Made by a program: the position numbers and the translations under genes
Notes under the pieces: generated by a model
Database searches by the model: none
The model's input: only the letters and a program-made list of their open reading frames with translations
What the model was told of the DNA's origin: nothing
Shown here: positions 24,852 to 32,000 of the stretch, piece by piece
How the letters are laid out: each line of letters starts with the position of its first letter
Numbering within the stretch: the first letter of the stretch is position 1
Assembly (NCBI GenBank): GCA_964407035.1
Contig: CAYOTZ010000001.1
Coordinates: forward strand, 12,482-44,481
Direction: 5' to 3'
Source: an uncultured Methanosarcinales archaeon
GTDB lineage: Archaea; Nanobdellota; Nanobdellia; Woesearchaeales; B29-G15
DNA length: 32,000 nucleotides

Positions 24852-25172
24852 TCATTCCACCTCTACTTTGAGTAGTTTGATATGCTGACCTTCTATCACC
24901 CTGGGCACAGCACTGCATTTCGGGCATTCAAAATATGTGTGCTCGTGAGTTCTCAGCAGCACTTTTGGCGGACCTCTGTAACCGCACTGGCACTGCACAA
25001 CAGCTGGCTTGCGTCTATACTCTATTTGCCAATCCACCATCTCGTTCAAGGTTGGCTTTAGATCCTCTAAGGGTAGATGCGCCAGATCGCCTACCTCCAC
25101 AACTATACTGCGGACCTTGCCATGCTTCTTTGCTTCGTCTATTATCTGTTTGGCTATTATTGTTTCGTGCAT
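24852..25172 (-). CDS. hypA: [NiFe]-hydrogenase nickel-insertion protein HypA
   Basis: 106 aa. MHE N-terminus and a CxCG...CPKC zinc motif. Confidence 0.9.
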   Translation of the reverse strand: MHETIIAKQIIDEAKKHGKVRSIVVEVGDLAHLPLEDLKPTLNEMVDWQIEYRRKPAVVQCQCGYRGPPKVLLRTHEHTYFECPKCSAVPRVIEGQHIKLLKVEVE

Positions 25173-25191
25173 GTGTCAGTGTAGCGAAAAC

Positions 25192-25578
25192 TCATTTAAT
25201 AGCTTTGCGCTGAGCTGTAATTCGGGATAAGAGCTTGACAAGCTTCTCTTTTGCTTCTTTAAGCTCTCCAGCTTTTGGTATTCCAATAATAATTAGCTCG
25301 TCGAGCATATTGAGCTTCTTCATAAGGGTTAGCCACTGGAATAAATCAAAGTCGTGTGCAGTCACTGTGTTTGTTTGCTGTAACTCTGATAAGTCCACCA
25401 AGCGAACATCTTCCAATCCTTCAACCACATCCACAACAATCAATGGTATGGTTATCTCTATGTGCTCCCATTTATAGCATTGCACAAACTCGAAGCCAGG
25501 GATGGTGAGCTGCTTACACAGCTCTAATGCCCTAGAATCGTCTTTTAAGTATGGATTACCCAAGCAGTAAACTCTCAT
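25192..25578 (-). CDS. Hydrogenase maturation endopeptidase (HycI/HoxW-like)
   Basis: 128 aa. VYCLGNPYLKDDSRALELCKQL (GN..(x)DD motif) and TAHDFDL. ATGA overlap with the large-subunit stop. Confidence 0.85.
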   Translation of the reverse strand: MRVYCLGNPYLKDDSRALELCKQLTIPGFEFVQCYKWEHIEITIPLIVVDVVEGLEDVRLVDLSELQQTNTVTAHDFDLFQWLTLMKKLNMLDELIIIGIPKAGELKEAKEKLVKLLSRITAQRKAIK

Positions 25579-26861
25579 TGTCGCTCAAGTTTAAGCTTAA
25601 GGAAGTGAGTGCTGCAGGATATGCAAGGGTCATATGCCCTAATCAGCTTCTCCAACTCAAGCTTTATCTGCCTCTCATTCATATTAAGTATTCCCGGCAG
25701 GAAGAGTTTAACATCCTCTTCTATATTGTGCAGGTTCTGTGAAGTTGGCGTAATAATGTTGCAAGCTTTAATCTTGCCAGTTGCACTAAGGGTATAATCA
25801 TGTATTAAAACGCCACGCGGCACCTCTGTTGCAGAAACCCCTCTGCCTGCTTTGAGTTTTATCTGCTTCGGTTTCTCGTTCTTTATCTTGAGATTGAGTA
25901 GTATCTTAAGCGCTCTGTTGTAAAACTCAAAAATCTCTATCGCCTGAGCAAAGTTGTTGGCAAAGGGGCTGAAGCTTGGAAAGCTATACCTAGAAGCTTT
26001 GACAAACTGCTTTGCCTCGCTGCTAAGCTTGTCGTAGTGTAAGTTGAGTCGCGAGAGGGCAGATGTCATATAACTCTGGCCAAGAAATAGGGCTTCTTTA
26101 GCTGTAGTCCCCTTTTCAACATATTCGTTAATTTTTCTGTGATAGTCCTTGATATTGAATTCCTTGTTGTTCAGCATCGCTGTAAGTTTGTCGTCAAAGA
26201 AAATTGAATTTGAACTCCTTGATAAGGCAAGGTGCTCGCATTTTCTTTCAAACTCGGGTGCTTTCAAGCTCCCGAACAGTTTGACAGTGCTAACTACCAA
26301 TGGCTTTAGTTTTTTTAGCTCAGCTACGAGCTGGTCAAGCTCTGACTGCGAGGGTAACTTAGTAAAGCCGCCGACTATTGCTTTGACAGCATGAATCTCC
26401 CTACCGCCTATCACTCGCTCTATACGGTTAAAGCCCATCTTAAGTTTCAATGCTGTTCTCAGCAAATCCTTGTCGTGCTCTGTAAATTCAAGTGCAGAGC
26501 TAACCCCGTAATAGTCAGGCAGTGCTAAGAAGTAAAGATGCAGCAAGTGGCTCTCTATAATATTGCCTATCAGCAGCAGCTCGCGCAGGGCTTCTGTTTG
26601 CTTTGACACCTTTATGCCCAGTGCTTTCTCTATAGCCCTAAGTGCACCGATTATATGCGACTGCGAGCAGACGCCACAGATTCTCGAAGATATGTAATGA
26701 GCTTCTTCTGCCTTTCTGCCGATAAGTATGCCCTCAAAGTACCTTGCGCCTTCAACCACCCGAAGCTCCACTACTTCAACCCTCTTGCCCTTTACTTTTA
26801 CATACAGGTTGGCATGGCCCTCTATCTTTGCTATATGTTCCAGCTCTATCTCCTTGCTCAT
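25575..26861 (-). CDS. hydA: [NiFe]-hydrogenase large (alpha) subunit, group 3b-type
   Basis: 428 aa. N-terminal RICGVCSQSH (RxCGxCxxxH). C-terminal DPCISCSTH (DPCxxCxxH), followed by the 9-aa tail FLKLKLERQ, which is expected to be removed by the protease. Confidence 0.93.
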   Translation of the reverse strand: MSKEIELEHIAKIEGHANLYVKVKGKRVEVVELRVVEGARYFEGILIGRKAEEAHYISSRICGVCSQSHIIGALRAIEKALGIKVSKQTEALRELLLIGNIIESHLLHLYFLALPDYYGVSSALEFTEHDKDLLRTALKLKMGFNRIERVIGGREIHAVKAIVGGFTKLPSQSELDQLVAELKKLKPLVVSTVKLFGSLKAPEFERKCEHLALSRSSNSIFFDDKLTAMLNNKEFNIKDYHRKINEYVEKGTTAKEALFLGQSYMTSALSRLNLHYDKLSSEAKQFVKASRYSFPSFSPFANNFAQAIEIFEFYNRALKILLNLKIKNEKPKQIKLKAGRGVSATEVPRGVLIHDYTLSATGKIKACNIITPTSQNLHNIEEDVKLFLPGILNMNERQIKLELEKLIRAYDPCISCSTHFLKLKLERQ

Positions 26862-27622
26862 CTCAAAACCCCCTTGTGATATCTTTTTGAAGTGCCTGCG
26901 AATACAGAAAGCGCGTTTTTTATCTCTGATAGTGAAATGCCCTCTTTCCTGAAAAGCTTAACCAGGGCATTGACATTCGCTTCTTTCATAGGCCCGCGAC
27001 AACCGTAACAGGGATAACCCTCGTTAATGCATATTGAATTACAGCCGCCGTAAGTCAAAGGCCCAAGACAGCGCTCACCTTTTAACAGGAGACAAATGTT
27101 GCCGTTCTTCTTACACTCAACGCACACTGGCTCTTCTTTAAACAATGGCTTTTTGTCAAGCAACAGAGCCTTCATCAACTCGATAAATTCCGAGCCAACT
27201 ACAGGACAGCCGCGCAGAGCATAGTCTACCTTTACATAACAATCCAAGCCGCGAACATGATGCGCTGAATCGATGAACGAAGGGTTAGGGTAAACGCATG
27301 CCCTTACCCTGCCTTGTTCCATAAAGTCACGGATAGAGGCGACGCCACCGTAAGTAGCACAAGTTCCCAGAGCTACAAGCACTTTAGATTTCTTTCTTAT
27401 CTCCATCAGCTGTTTAATCTCTGCTTCCATCACCACTGTGCCTTCCACTATTGCTATATCCACCTTACCATGATAGTATCTCTCTTTGATTAATGGAAAG
27501 TGCTTTATCTCAAAGTGGCTCATGAGTTTTATGAAATCAGCACCGAGATTAAGCAAACTAACCTGACAGCCCTCGCAGGAGGTTAAGCTGTATATGCCAA
27601 CTTTTGGTTTGTGAGTTCTCAT
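26858..27622 (-). CDS. hydD: [NiFe]-hydrogenase small (delta) subunit, group 3b-type
   Basis: 254 aa. VGIYSLTSCEGCQVSLL N-terminus, GTCATYGG, and a Cys-rich C-terminus (CVECKK...CLGPLTYGGCNSIC...CYGCRGP). Confidence 0.92.
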   Translation of the reverse strand: MRTHKPKVGIYSLTSCEGCQVSLLNLGADFIKLMSHFEIKHFPLIKERYYHGKVDIAIVEGTVVMEAEIKQLMEIRKKSKVLVALGTCATYGGVASIRDFMEQGRVRACVYPNPSFIDSAHHVRGLDCYVKVDYALRGCPVVGSEFIELMKALLLDKKPLFKEEPVCVECKKNGNICLLLKGERCLGPLTYGGCNSICINEGYPCYGCRGPMKEANVNALVKLFRKEGISLSEIKNALSVFAGTSKRYHKGVLR

Positions 27623-28407
27623 TTTGTTTCCATACCCCTAATTTTGTCGTAACTGAAAACTGGCCCGTCCTTACAGACATACAAGCCGTCAATCATACAG
27701 TGGCCGCATTTGCCTATGCCGCATCTCATTAGACGCTCCATTGAAATGTATATTTGCTCATCAGTAAAGCCCTGGTTCAATAGGCACTTCACAACGAATT
27801 TTATCATTATTGGTGGTCCGCAAACAAGTGCCACGCTATTCTTGTTTATTAATTTTTGTTCTTCTATTAAACTGGTTATCAAGCCGCAGCTGTAGCGCCA
27901 CTTCTTTGTTGGGTGGTCAACTGTCAAATACAGATTGAACATCAAGCCCCACTCTTTTAGCTCGTGCTGGAAAAGCACATCATTTGGAGTCCTAAAACCA
28001 AAGAACATGTTCAGACTGGCAAAGGTTTGCCTGTGCTTTAAGGCATAATGCACAACGCTCCTTAAGGGGGCTACACCTGTGCCGCCACCTATAAGGTAAA
28101 CATGCTTGTTCTTGAATTCTGATACAGGGTAGCCATGACCATAAGGTCCGCGCACACCTATCTTTTCGTCAATGTGCATTCTGTGCATAGCTCTTGTAAT
28201 ATTGCCAACAGCACGCACGCATACCTCTATGTAATCTTTTGAATGTGAGCAAACAGACATCGGCGCCTCACCATAATGCGGCAGGAAAAGCTCTACAAAC
28301 TGACCGGGCTGGTTATCACAACTATAAGCCAGACGAAACAGTTTTATACCTTTAGCTAAGTTCTCAATTTTCAGTATTTTTACGAATTTAGGGATGTAAG
28401 GGTTCAT
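27619..28407 (-). CDS. hydG: Hydrogenase gamma subunit: FAD/NAD(P)-binding oxidoreductase with a C-terminal 2Fe-2S site (AsrB/PyrK-like)
   Basis: 262 aa. GQFVELFLP, PMSV, LIGGGTGVAPL, C-terminal CGIGKCGHCMIDGLYVCKDGPVF. Confidence 0.9.
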   Translation of the reverse strand: MNPYIPKFVKILKIENLAKGIKLFRLAYSCDNQPGQFVELFLPHYGEAPMSVCSHSKDYIEVCVRAVGNITRAMHRMHIDEKIGVRGPYGHGYPVSEFKNKHVYLIGGGTGVAPLRSVVHYALKHRQTFASLNMFFGFRTPNDVLFQHELKEWGLMFNLYLTVDHPTKKWRYSCGLITSLIEEQKLINKNSVALVCGPPIMIKFVVKCLLNQGFTDEQIYISMERLMRCGIGKCGHCMIDGLYVCKDGPVFSYDKIRGMETK

Positions 28408-29351
28408 AAATCAATCACCAGTTCCACCATATTAACATTCGCTGGGCAGATAATAGAGCATCTACCGCAGCCAACACAGCTATTGCTCCACACGAGTTTG
28501 TGGTAGTATCTGTGTTGCATTCTCTCTGAGTGCCGTCTCCTGAACCTTATGTTGCCTGCTATTCTTGTGAAATCCTTTAACTGGCAAGAGTCCCAGCTCC
28601 TTTTCCTTATACCCTTGCACAGGTCAAGCTCTGAAACATCGATAATGTCAAAGCACATGCATGTGGGACATACCAGTGTGCAACCACCGCAGGCAAAGCA
28701 GCTCTTCGCGTGTTTCTCCCAGCTCTTGCTCTTGCGATAATCATCCAAATTAGCTATTCTTTCTTTGAACTCTGCCAGTTTTTTGTTTAGTTTAAAGTTC
28801 GGTTGTTTTGCTGGTAGGTTGTCTTCTTTTATCCTGTTCGTTTTTAGTAATGCCCTCCCTTTGTTGCTGCCACTTTTCACATAATAACCATCGCCTTTAG
28901 GATATAAGGCAATGTCAAACCCTGAGTCAAGCTTATAACTCTGGAATACAGCACAAAAACATGTATCAAGCTGTGGCTGCTGGCATGCCACTGCTATTAT
29001 GGTTAGTTTGGCTCTACTTGCCCTGTAGTAGGGGTCTGCTGGCTCTGCCAACATGAACTCGTCTGACAACTTCAGAGCATTAACATCGCAAGGTCGGGCA
29101 CCGAAGATTATCTTTTGCTGAACATCCATAATTTGTTTAGTGTTTGTTCTGCTGAAAATCATTATTGGCTCTTCCGGGGGCATAACAAACTGCTTCAGAG
29201 AATACAAACTGAGTGTAAAGTTTAGGGTGAGCTGACCCTTTTCTGTTATTCTCTCAAAATCGTAAAACTCATCATGTTTAACTGGAGCGTAAAGCTCGTT
29301 TGTTTTGGCTAACTTACCCAGAAACAAGAGGAGCTGGTATTTTGACAGCAT
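28404..29351 (-). CDS. hydB: Hydrogenase beta subunit: 4Fe-4S ferredoxin-domain protein (AsrA-like)
   Basis: 315 aa. CFACGGCTLVCPTCMCFD and CVGCGRCSIICPANV cluster motifs. First gene of the ATGA-coupled hydBGDA series. Confidence 0.9.
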   Translation of the reverse strand: MLSKYQLLLFLGKLAKTNELYAPVKHDEFYDFERITEKGQLTLNFTLSLYSLKQFVMPPEEPIMIFSRTNTKQIMDVQQKIIFGARPCDVNALKLSDEFMLAEPADPYYRASRAKLTIIAVACQQPQLDTCFCAVFQSYKLDSGFDIALYPKGDGYYVKSGSNKGRALLKTNRIKEDNLPAKQPNFKLNKKLAEFKERIANLDDYRKSKSWEKHAKSCFACGGCTLVCPTCMCFDIIDVSELDLCKGIRKRSWDSCQLKDFTRIAGNIRFRRRHSERMQHRYYHKLVWSNSCVGCGRCSIICPANVNMVELVIDL

Positions 29352-29383
29352 AAATCACTGTTTAAAAAAAGTTGTTTTTATAG

Positions 29384-29755
29384 TTATTGGTTATCCTTGC
29401 TGAACAATTGGACAAGGCTTTTACCGTAACTCAGCAAACAACCTGCACCTTCTTCAATTAAACCCTTAATCCTATAACCTGCACTACCAAGTTGGAACTT
29501 AGCTGTTATCGGCTGCCTGTAGCCAGCCACTGTATCGACAAGGTAAGGGATTTTAGCCCCCAGGGTTTGTTCAACTACTATCTCCAGGTTTTCTGGGTAG
29601 GGATACCAAGCTGTGCGCTGCTCTATAGCATTCAATCTTGACTGTAACTCTACAGGTGTCATAAGGCTCTCATGGAGCCACATGCCAACTGCGACTGAAG
29701 ATGCAGCAACTGTAGTGATTGCTATAATCTTAACAAGTTTATTAGCAAGTCTCAT
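29384..29755 (-). CDS. Hypothetical N-terminally anchored protein (123 aa)
   Basis: ORF with a signal-anchor-like MRLANKLVKIIAITTVAASSVAVGMWL. It ends 32 nt upstream of hydB and may be co-transcribed with it. Confidence 0.5.
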   Translation of the reverse strand: MRLANKLVKIIAITTVAASSVAVGMWLHESLMTPVELQSRLNAIEQRTAWYPYPENLEIVVEQTLGAKIPYLVDTVAGYRQPITAKFQLGSAGYRIKGLIEEGAGCLLSYGKSLVQLFSKDNQ

Positions 29756-29857
29756 AAAAGAATTTCCTGTAATAAAAATTTAAATTTTTGACTGTTGAAA
29801 ATCTGAAAATATTTCAGTTCTACTTCTTTTTCTTCTTTGTGCGGCATCCTATAAAAC

Positions 29858-30526
29858 TTATACCTTTGTTTTGAATTTCAAAAAAGCACTCGCAAACCTT
29901 TCCAGAATCTCTTCTGGATTGGCTGATTTAGCCACTTCTGAAGCAGATAGTATGCCTACAGCTCCCAACCTGAGTGCTGTTTCCACATCCACAGCAGTTC
30001 TAACTCCAGCACCGACAAGCAGTCTTGTTGTTTCTGTCTGTAGCTTGGCTGCATTCGCTATCAGCTCTGGTCTTGCTGAACTAACTGAAACATTGCCGCC
30101 TATTAGCTCAGGCGGCTCTATTGCTATGAAATCGGGTTGGAAGTTTAATATCTGTTGTGCTTCTTCTATATCTGCAGTGCAGACAACTGTTACTAAGCCA
30201 AGCTGTTTACAGCGCTCTATCCTTTGCTTTATGGCCTCTAAGCCAAGCTTGTGCTCTGAATGATTTATGAGGGAACCTGTAATACCTGCGTCCATCATCG
30301 TCTCAATGTTAATCCAGCCAGTGTACTTGCCGAAAGGATAAGCATCCACATGTTGGGCAAAGATAACAGCGTCTGTTTTTTCTCTCACCATGCGAATATC
30401 TGCTGCCTGGGGACAAACAGCAATCTTAAGTCCATACTTTTTAGAAATCTTTGCACATGCCTCTGCTATTCTTACTGCTTTAGCACCGAACGCTTGCTCA
30501 TATGTCTTTAGGTTAATAACTATCAC
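29858..30526 (-). CDS. tpiA: Triosephosphate isomerase, archaeal short type
   Basis: 222 aa. IVINLKTYEQAFG, FAQHVD, LINHSEHKL, IAIEPPELIG. The length and motifs match archaeal TIM. GTG start. Confidence 0.9.
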   Translation of the reverse strand: MIVINLKTYEQAFGAKAVRIAEACAKISKKYGLKIAVCPQAADIRMVREKTDAVIFAQHVDAYPFGKYTGWINIETMMDAGITGSLINHSEHKLGLEAIKQRIERCKQLGLVTVVCTADIEEAQQILNFQPDFIAIEPPELIGGNVSVSSARPELIANAAKLQTETTRLLVGAGVRTAVDVETALRLGAVGILSASEVAKSANPEEILERFASAFLKFKTKV

Positions 30527-30560
30527 AAAGAAGAAGATTAAAAAAGAGAATATTTAAAGT

Positions 30561-32000
30561 TTATGTTATTGTAATCTCTCTGTAAACAACCCTCTTAGTG
30601 TAGTCATTACTTACCACTACCCTTAATCCGTAAACACCAGGTGGCGTTGTGGTAGGAATTCTAATGTATAGCTGCTTCAACTGGCTATAGTCCCCTATAT
30701 TGAAGCGTTTCGTTGCCACTCTCAACCCTAATTCAGTTATGGTTGCAGTTATCTTCGCCTGCTTTGCCTTTACATTGCCAGAGTTTTCAACCTTAACTGT
30801 TAGCACTACAATGTCTCCTGGTTTTACCCTATGCTCACTCAATCGCACCATATCAAGCTTGAAGTTCTGGTAGGGCTCTTCAGCAACAACAACCCTTACT
30901 GTAATACTGGTCACTGCTTTACCGTCTGAAGCTGTAACCTGCACAAGATATGTGCCTGCATCTCCACGTTTGGTCTGCCAGAGACAGTCGTTACCAACCG
31001 GCTCTGAGATGGTTACAGTAAGTTCGTCATTGTCAGGGTCACTTACCACAGGCATTATTCTCACAAGCTCGCCCTCTATCACATAAATCTCTTGTATTGG
31101 CTCTATGACAGGTGCGTGATTACCGCTTTCTAAAACTGTGATTGTGAAGTTTCTAATAGCTATACCTCCTCTATTGTCACTCACCTTAACATAGCTCTGG
31201 TAAAAACCTGAGCTAGTAAAGTTTGTCTGCCAGACGCTATTTGAATCAAGCGGTGAGCCAAACTCAAAAGTCAACATATCCCCGTCGTAGTCCCATGCGC
31301 GCGGCACAACAGTTACCAAGTCGCCTTCTGTTACTGTTATGTTGCTTATCGGTTCAAGCACTGGTGCGTCGTTCACGCAGTTCTGGTCAACATCATCCAG
31401 CAGCTCCTCTGCTCCCGGATGTATGCTTGCGTTATTATCATTACAGTCAATATCAGCATTATATCCGTCATTGTCTCTGTCATTTGGATTGGTGTCGCAG
31501 GCATCGCCTATGCCGTCGCTGTCTGTGTCCTGCTGGTCCGGATTGCAGACAAGCGGGCAGTTATCTTCCATATCTGGTATGCCATCATTATCATCGTCAG
31601 GGTCGCAGGCATCGCCCATGCCATCGTTGTCTGTGTCCTGCTGGTCTGGATTCGGCGTTAAAGGGCAGTTGTCTGCTGTGTCTAAAACACCGTCATTGTC
31701 GTCATCATCGTCGCAAGCGTCACCCATGCCGTCACTGTCTGTGTCTTGCTGGTCTGGGTTTGGCGTTAAAGGGCAGTTGTCTGATGAATCTGAAACACCG
31801 TCATTATCATTATCATCATCGCAGACATCACCTATGCCGTCCTGGTCTGTATCTGATTGGTCTGGGTTTGGCGTTAAAGGGCAGTTATCTTCTATGTCTG
31901 GGACGCCATCATTATCATCGTCAAGGTCGCAGGCATCGCCCATGCCGTCGTTGTCTGTGTCCTGCTGGTCTGGATTCGGCGTTAAAGGGCAGTTGTCTGC
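30561..32000 (-). CDS. Large surface protein (N-terminal part off-window): thrombospondin type-3 repeats, two Ig/cadherin-like domains and a CARDB-like C-terminal domain
   Basis: The frame stays open to position 32000 ([19 protein letters not shown] precedes the track Met). It holds reiterated DNCPLxxNPDQxDTDxDGxGDxCDxDxDNDGxxD units. These are followed by APV(L/I)EPI..I.V.EG..V segments, then [24 protein letters not shown]. Confidence 0.85.
   Translation of the reverse strand, partial: ADNCPLTPNPDQQDTDNDGMGDACDLDDDNDGVPDIEDNCPLTPNPDQSDTDQDGIGDVCDDDNDNDGVSDSSDNCPLTPNPDQQDTDSDGMGDACDDDDDNDGVLDTADNCPLTPNPDQQDTDNDGMGDACDPDDDNDGIPDMEDNCPLVCNPDQQDTDSDGIGDACDTNPNDRDNDGYNADIDCNDNNASIHPGAEELLDDVDQNCVNDAPVLEPISNITVTEGDLVTVVPRAWDYDGDMLTFEFGSPLDSNSVWQTNFTSSGFYQSYVKVSDNRGGIAIRNFTITVLESGNHAPVIEPIQEIYVIEGELVRIMPVVSDPDNDELTVTISEPVGNDCLWQTKRGDAGTYLVQVTASDGKAVTSITVRVVVAEEPYQNFKLDMVRLSEHRVKPGDIVVLTVKVENSGNVKAKQAKITATITELGLRVATKRFNIGDYSQLKQLYIRIPTTTPPGVYGLRVVVSNDYTKRVVYREITIT
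31465..32000 (-). repeat. Tandem 108-nt (36-codon) coding repeats of the TSP3 region
   Basis: ggcgttaaagggcagtt recurs at 31654, 31762, 31870 and 31978, exactly 108 nt apart, with a diverged copy at about 31546. Positions 31619-31680 and 31941-32000 are nearly identical, with 1 mismatch seen. Confidence 0.85.

Noticed and set aside
25575-26861. Possible selenocysteine or recoding in the hydrogenase large subunit
   Set aside because: Both Ni-binding motifs use ordinary Cys codons (RICGVCSQSH, DPCISCSTH). There is no in-frame TGA.
29803-29817. Hairpin ctgaaa-ata-tttcag downstream of tpiA as a terminator
   Set aside because: The stem is only 6 bp and AT-rich with a 3-nt loop. Archaeal termination usually relies on T-runs, which are also present. 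I cannot tell a functional hairpin from chance in AT-rich DNA.
31465-32000. Regularly spaced repeats as a possible CRISPR array
   Set aside because: The repeats have a 108-nt period, stay in frame, and encode TSP3 units of a continuous ORF. There is no repeat-spacer organisation and no cas genes.

Overview
The window looks archaeal. TATA-like boxes sit about 25 nt upstream of several start codons, which suggests leaderless transcripts. There is an archaeal-type short TIM, a bifunctional PGI/PMI, Lrp/AsnC, an AbrB-PhoU regulator, NFACT, and a stand-alone 5S rRNA. Gene packing is very tight, with many ATGA start/stop overlaps and three convergent 3' overlaps. A small-genome, DPANN-like lineage is plausible, but that is inference only.

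Contents, left to right:
- 1-3883 (-): a cluster of six genes, all encoding N-terminally anchored, Cys-bearing orphan proteins. It comprises two paralog pairs plus two micro-ORFs absent from the ORF track. An Lrp regulator lies next to it.
- 4513-5442: an AbrB-PhoU regulator.
- 5423-9359 (-): an apparent pgi/pmi - ROK kinase - membrane TPR/kinase-like operon.
- About 9.4-10.3 kb: no intact gene, only gene remnants.
- 10.3-16.9 kb: a nucleotidyltransferase-family protein, an FKBP PPIase, a decayed PPC/DUF296 gene, and a sugar-nucleotide cluster (epimerase, sugar-1-P nucleotidyltransferase, frameshifted UDP-glucose dehydrogenase). An RHH-nucleotidyltransferase fusion is transcribed divergently from that cluster.
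- 16912-17026: orphan 5S rRNA.
- 17-24.2 kb: orphan and housekeeping genes (N-terminal-only NFACT, coiled-coil wHTH protein, DAGK-like kinase, M20 peptidase).
- 24191-29351 (-): an eight-gene group 3b-type [NiFe]-hydrogenase operon (beta-gamma-delta-alpha, maturation protease, hypA, hypC, and an unusual HypC-domain fusion).
- Right end: tpiA and a partial thrombospondin-type-3-repeat surface protein.

I saw no CRISPR array, tRNA or recognisable mobile element. The best candidates for something undescribed are the orphan membrane-anchored cluster at 1-3883, the HypC-domain fusion, the RHH-nucleotidyltransferase fusion, and the motif-dense intergenic region at 19.4-19.5 kb.
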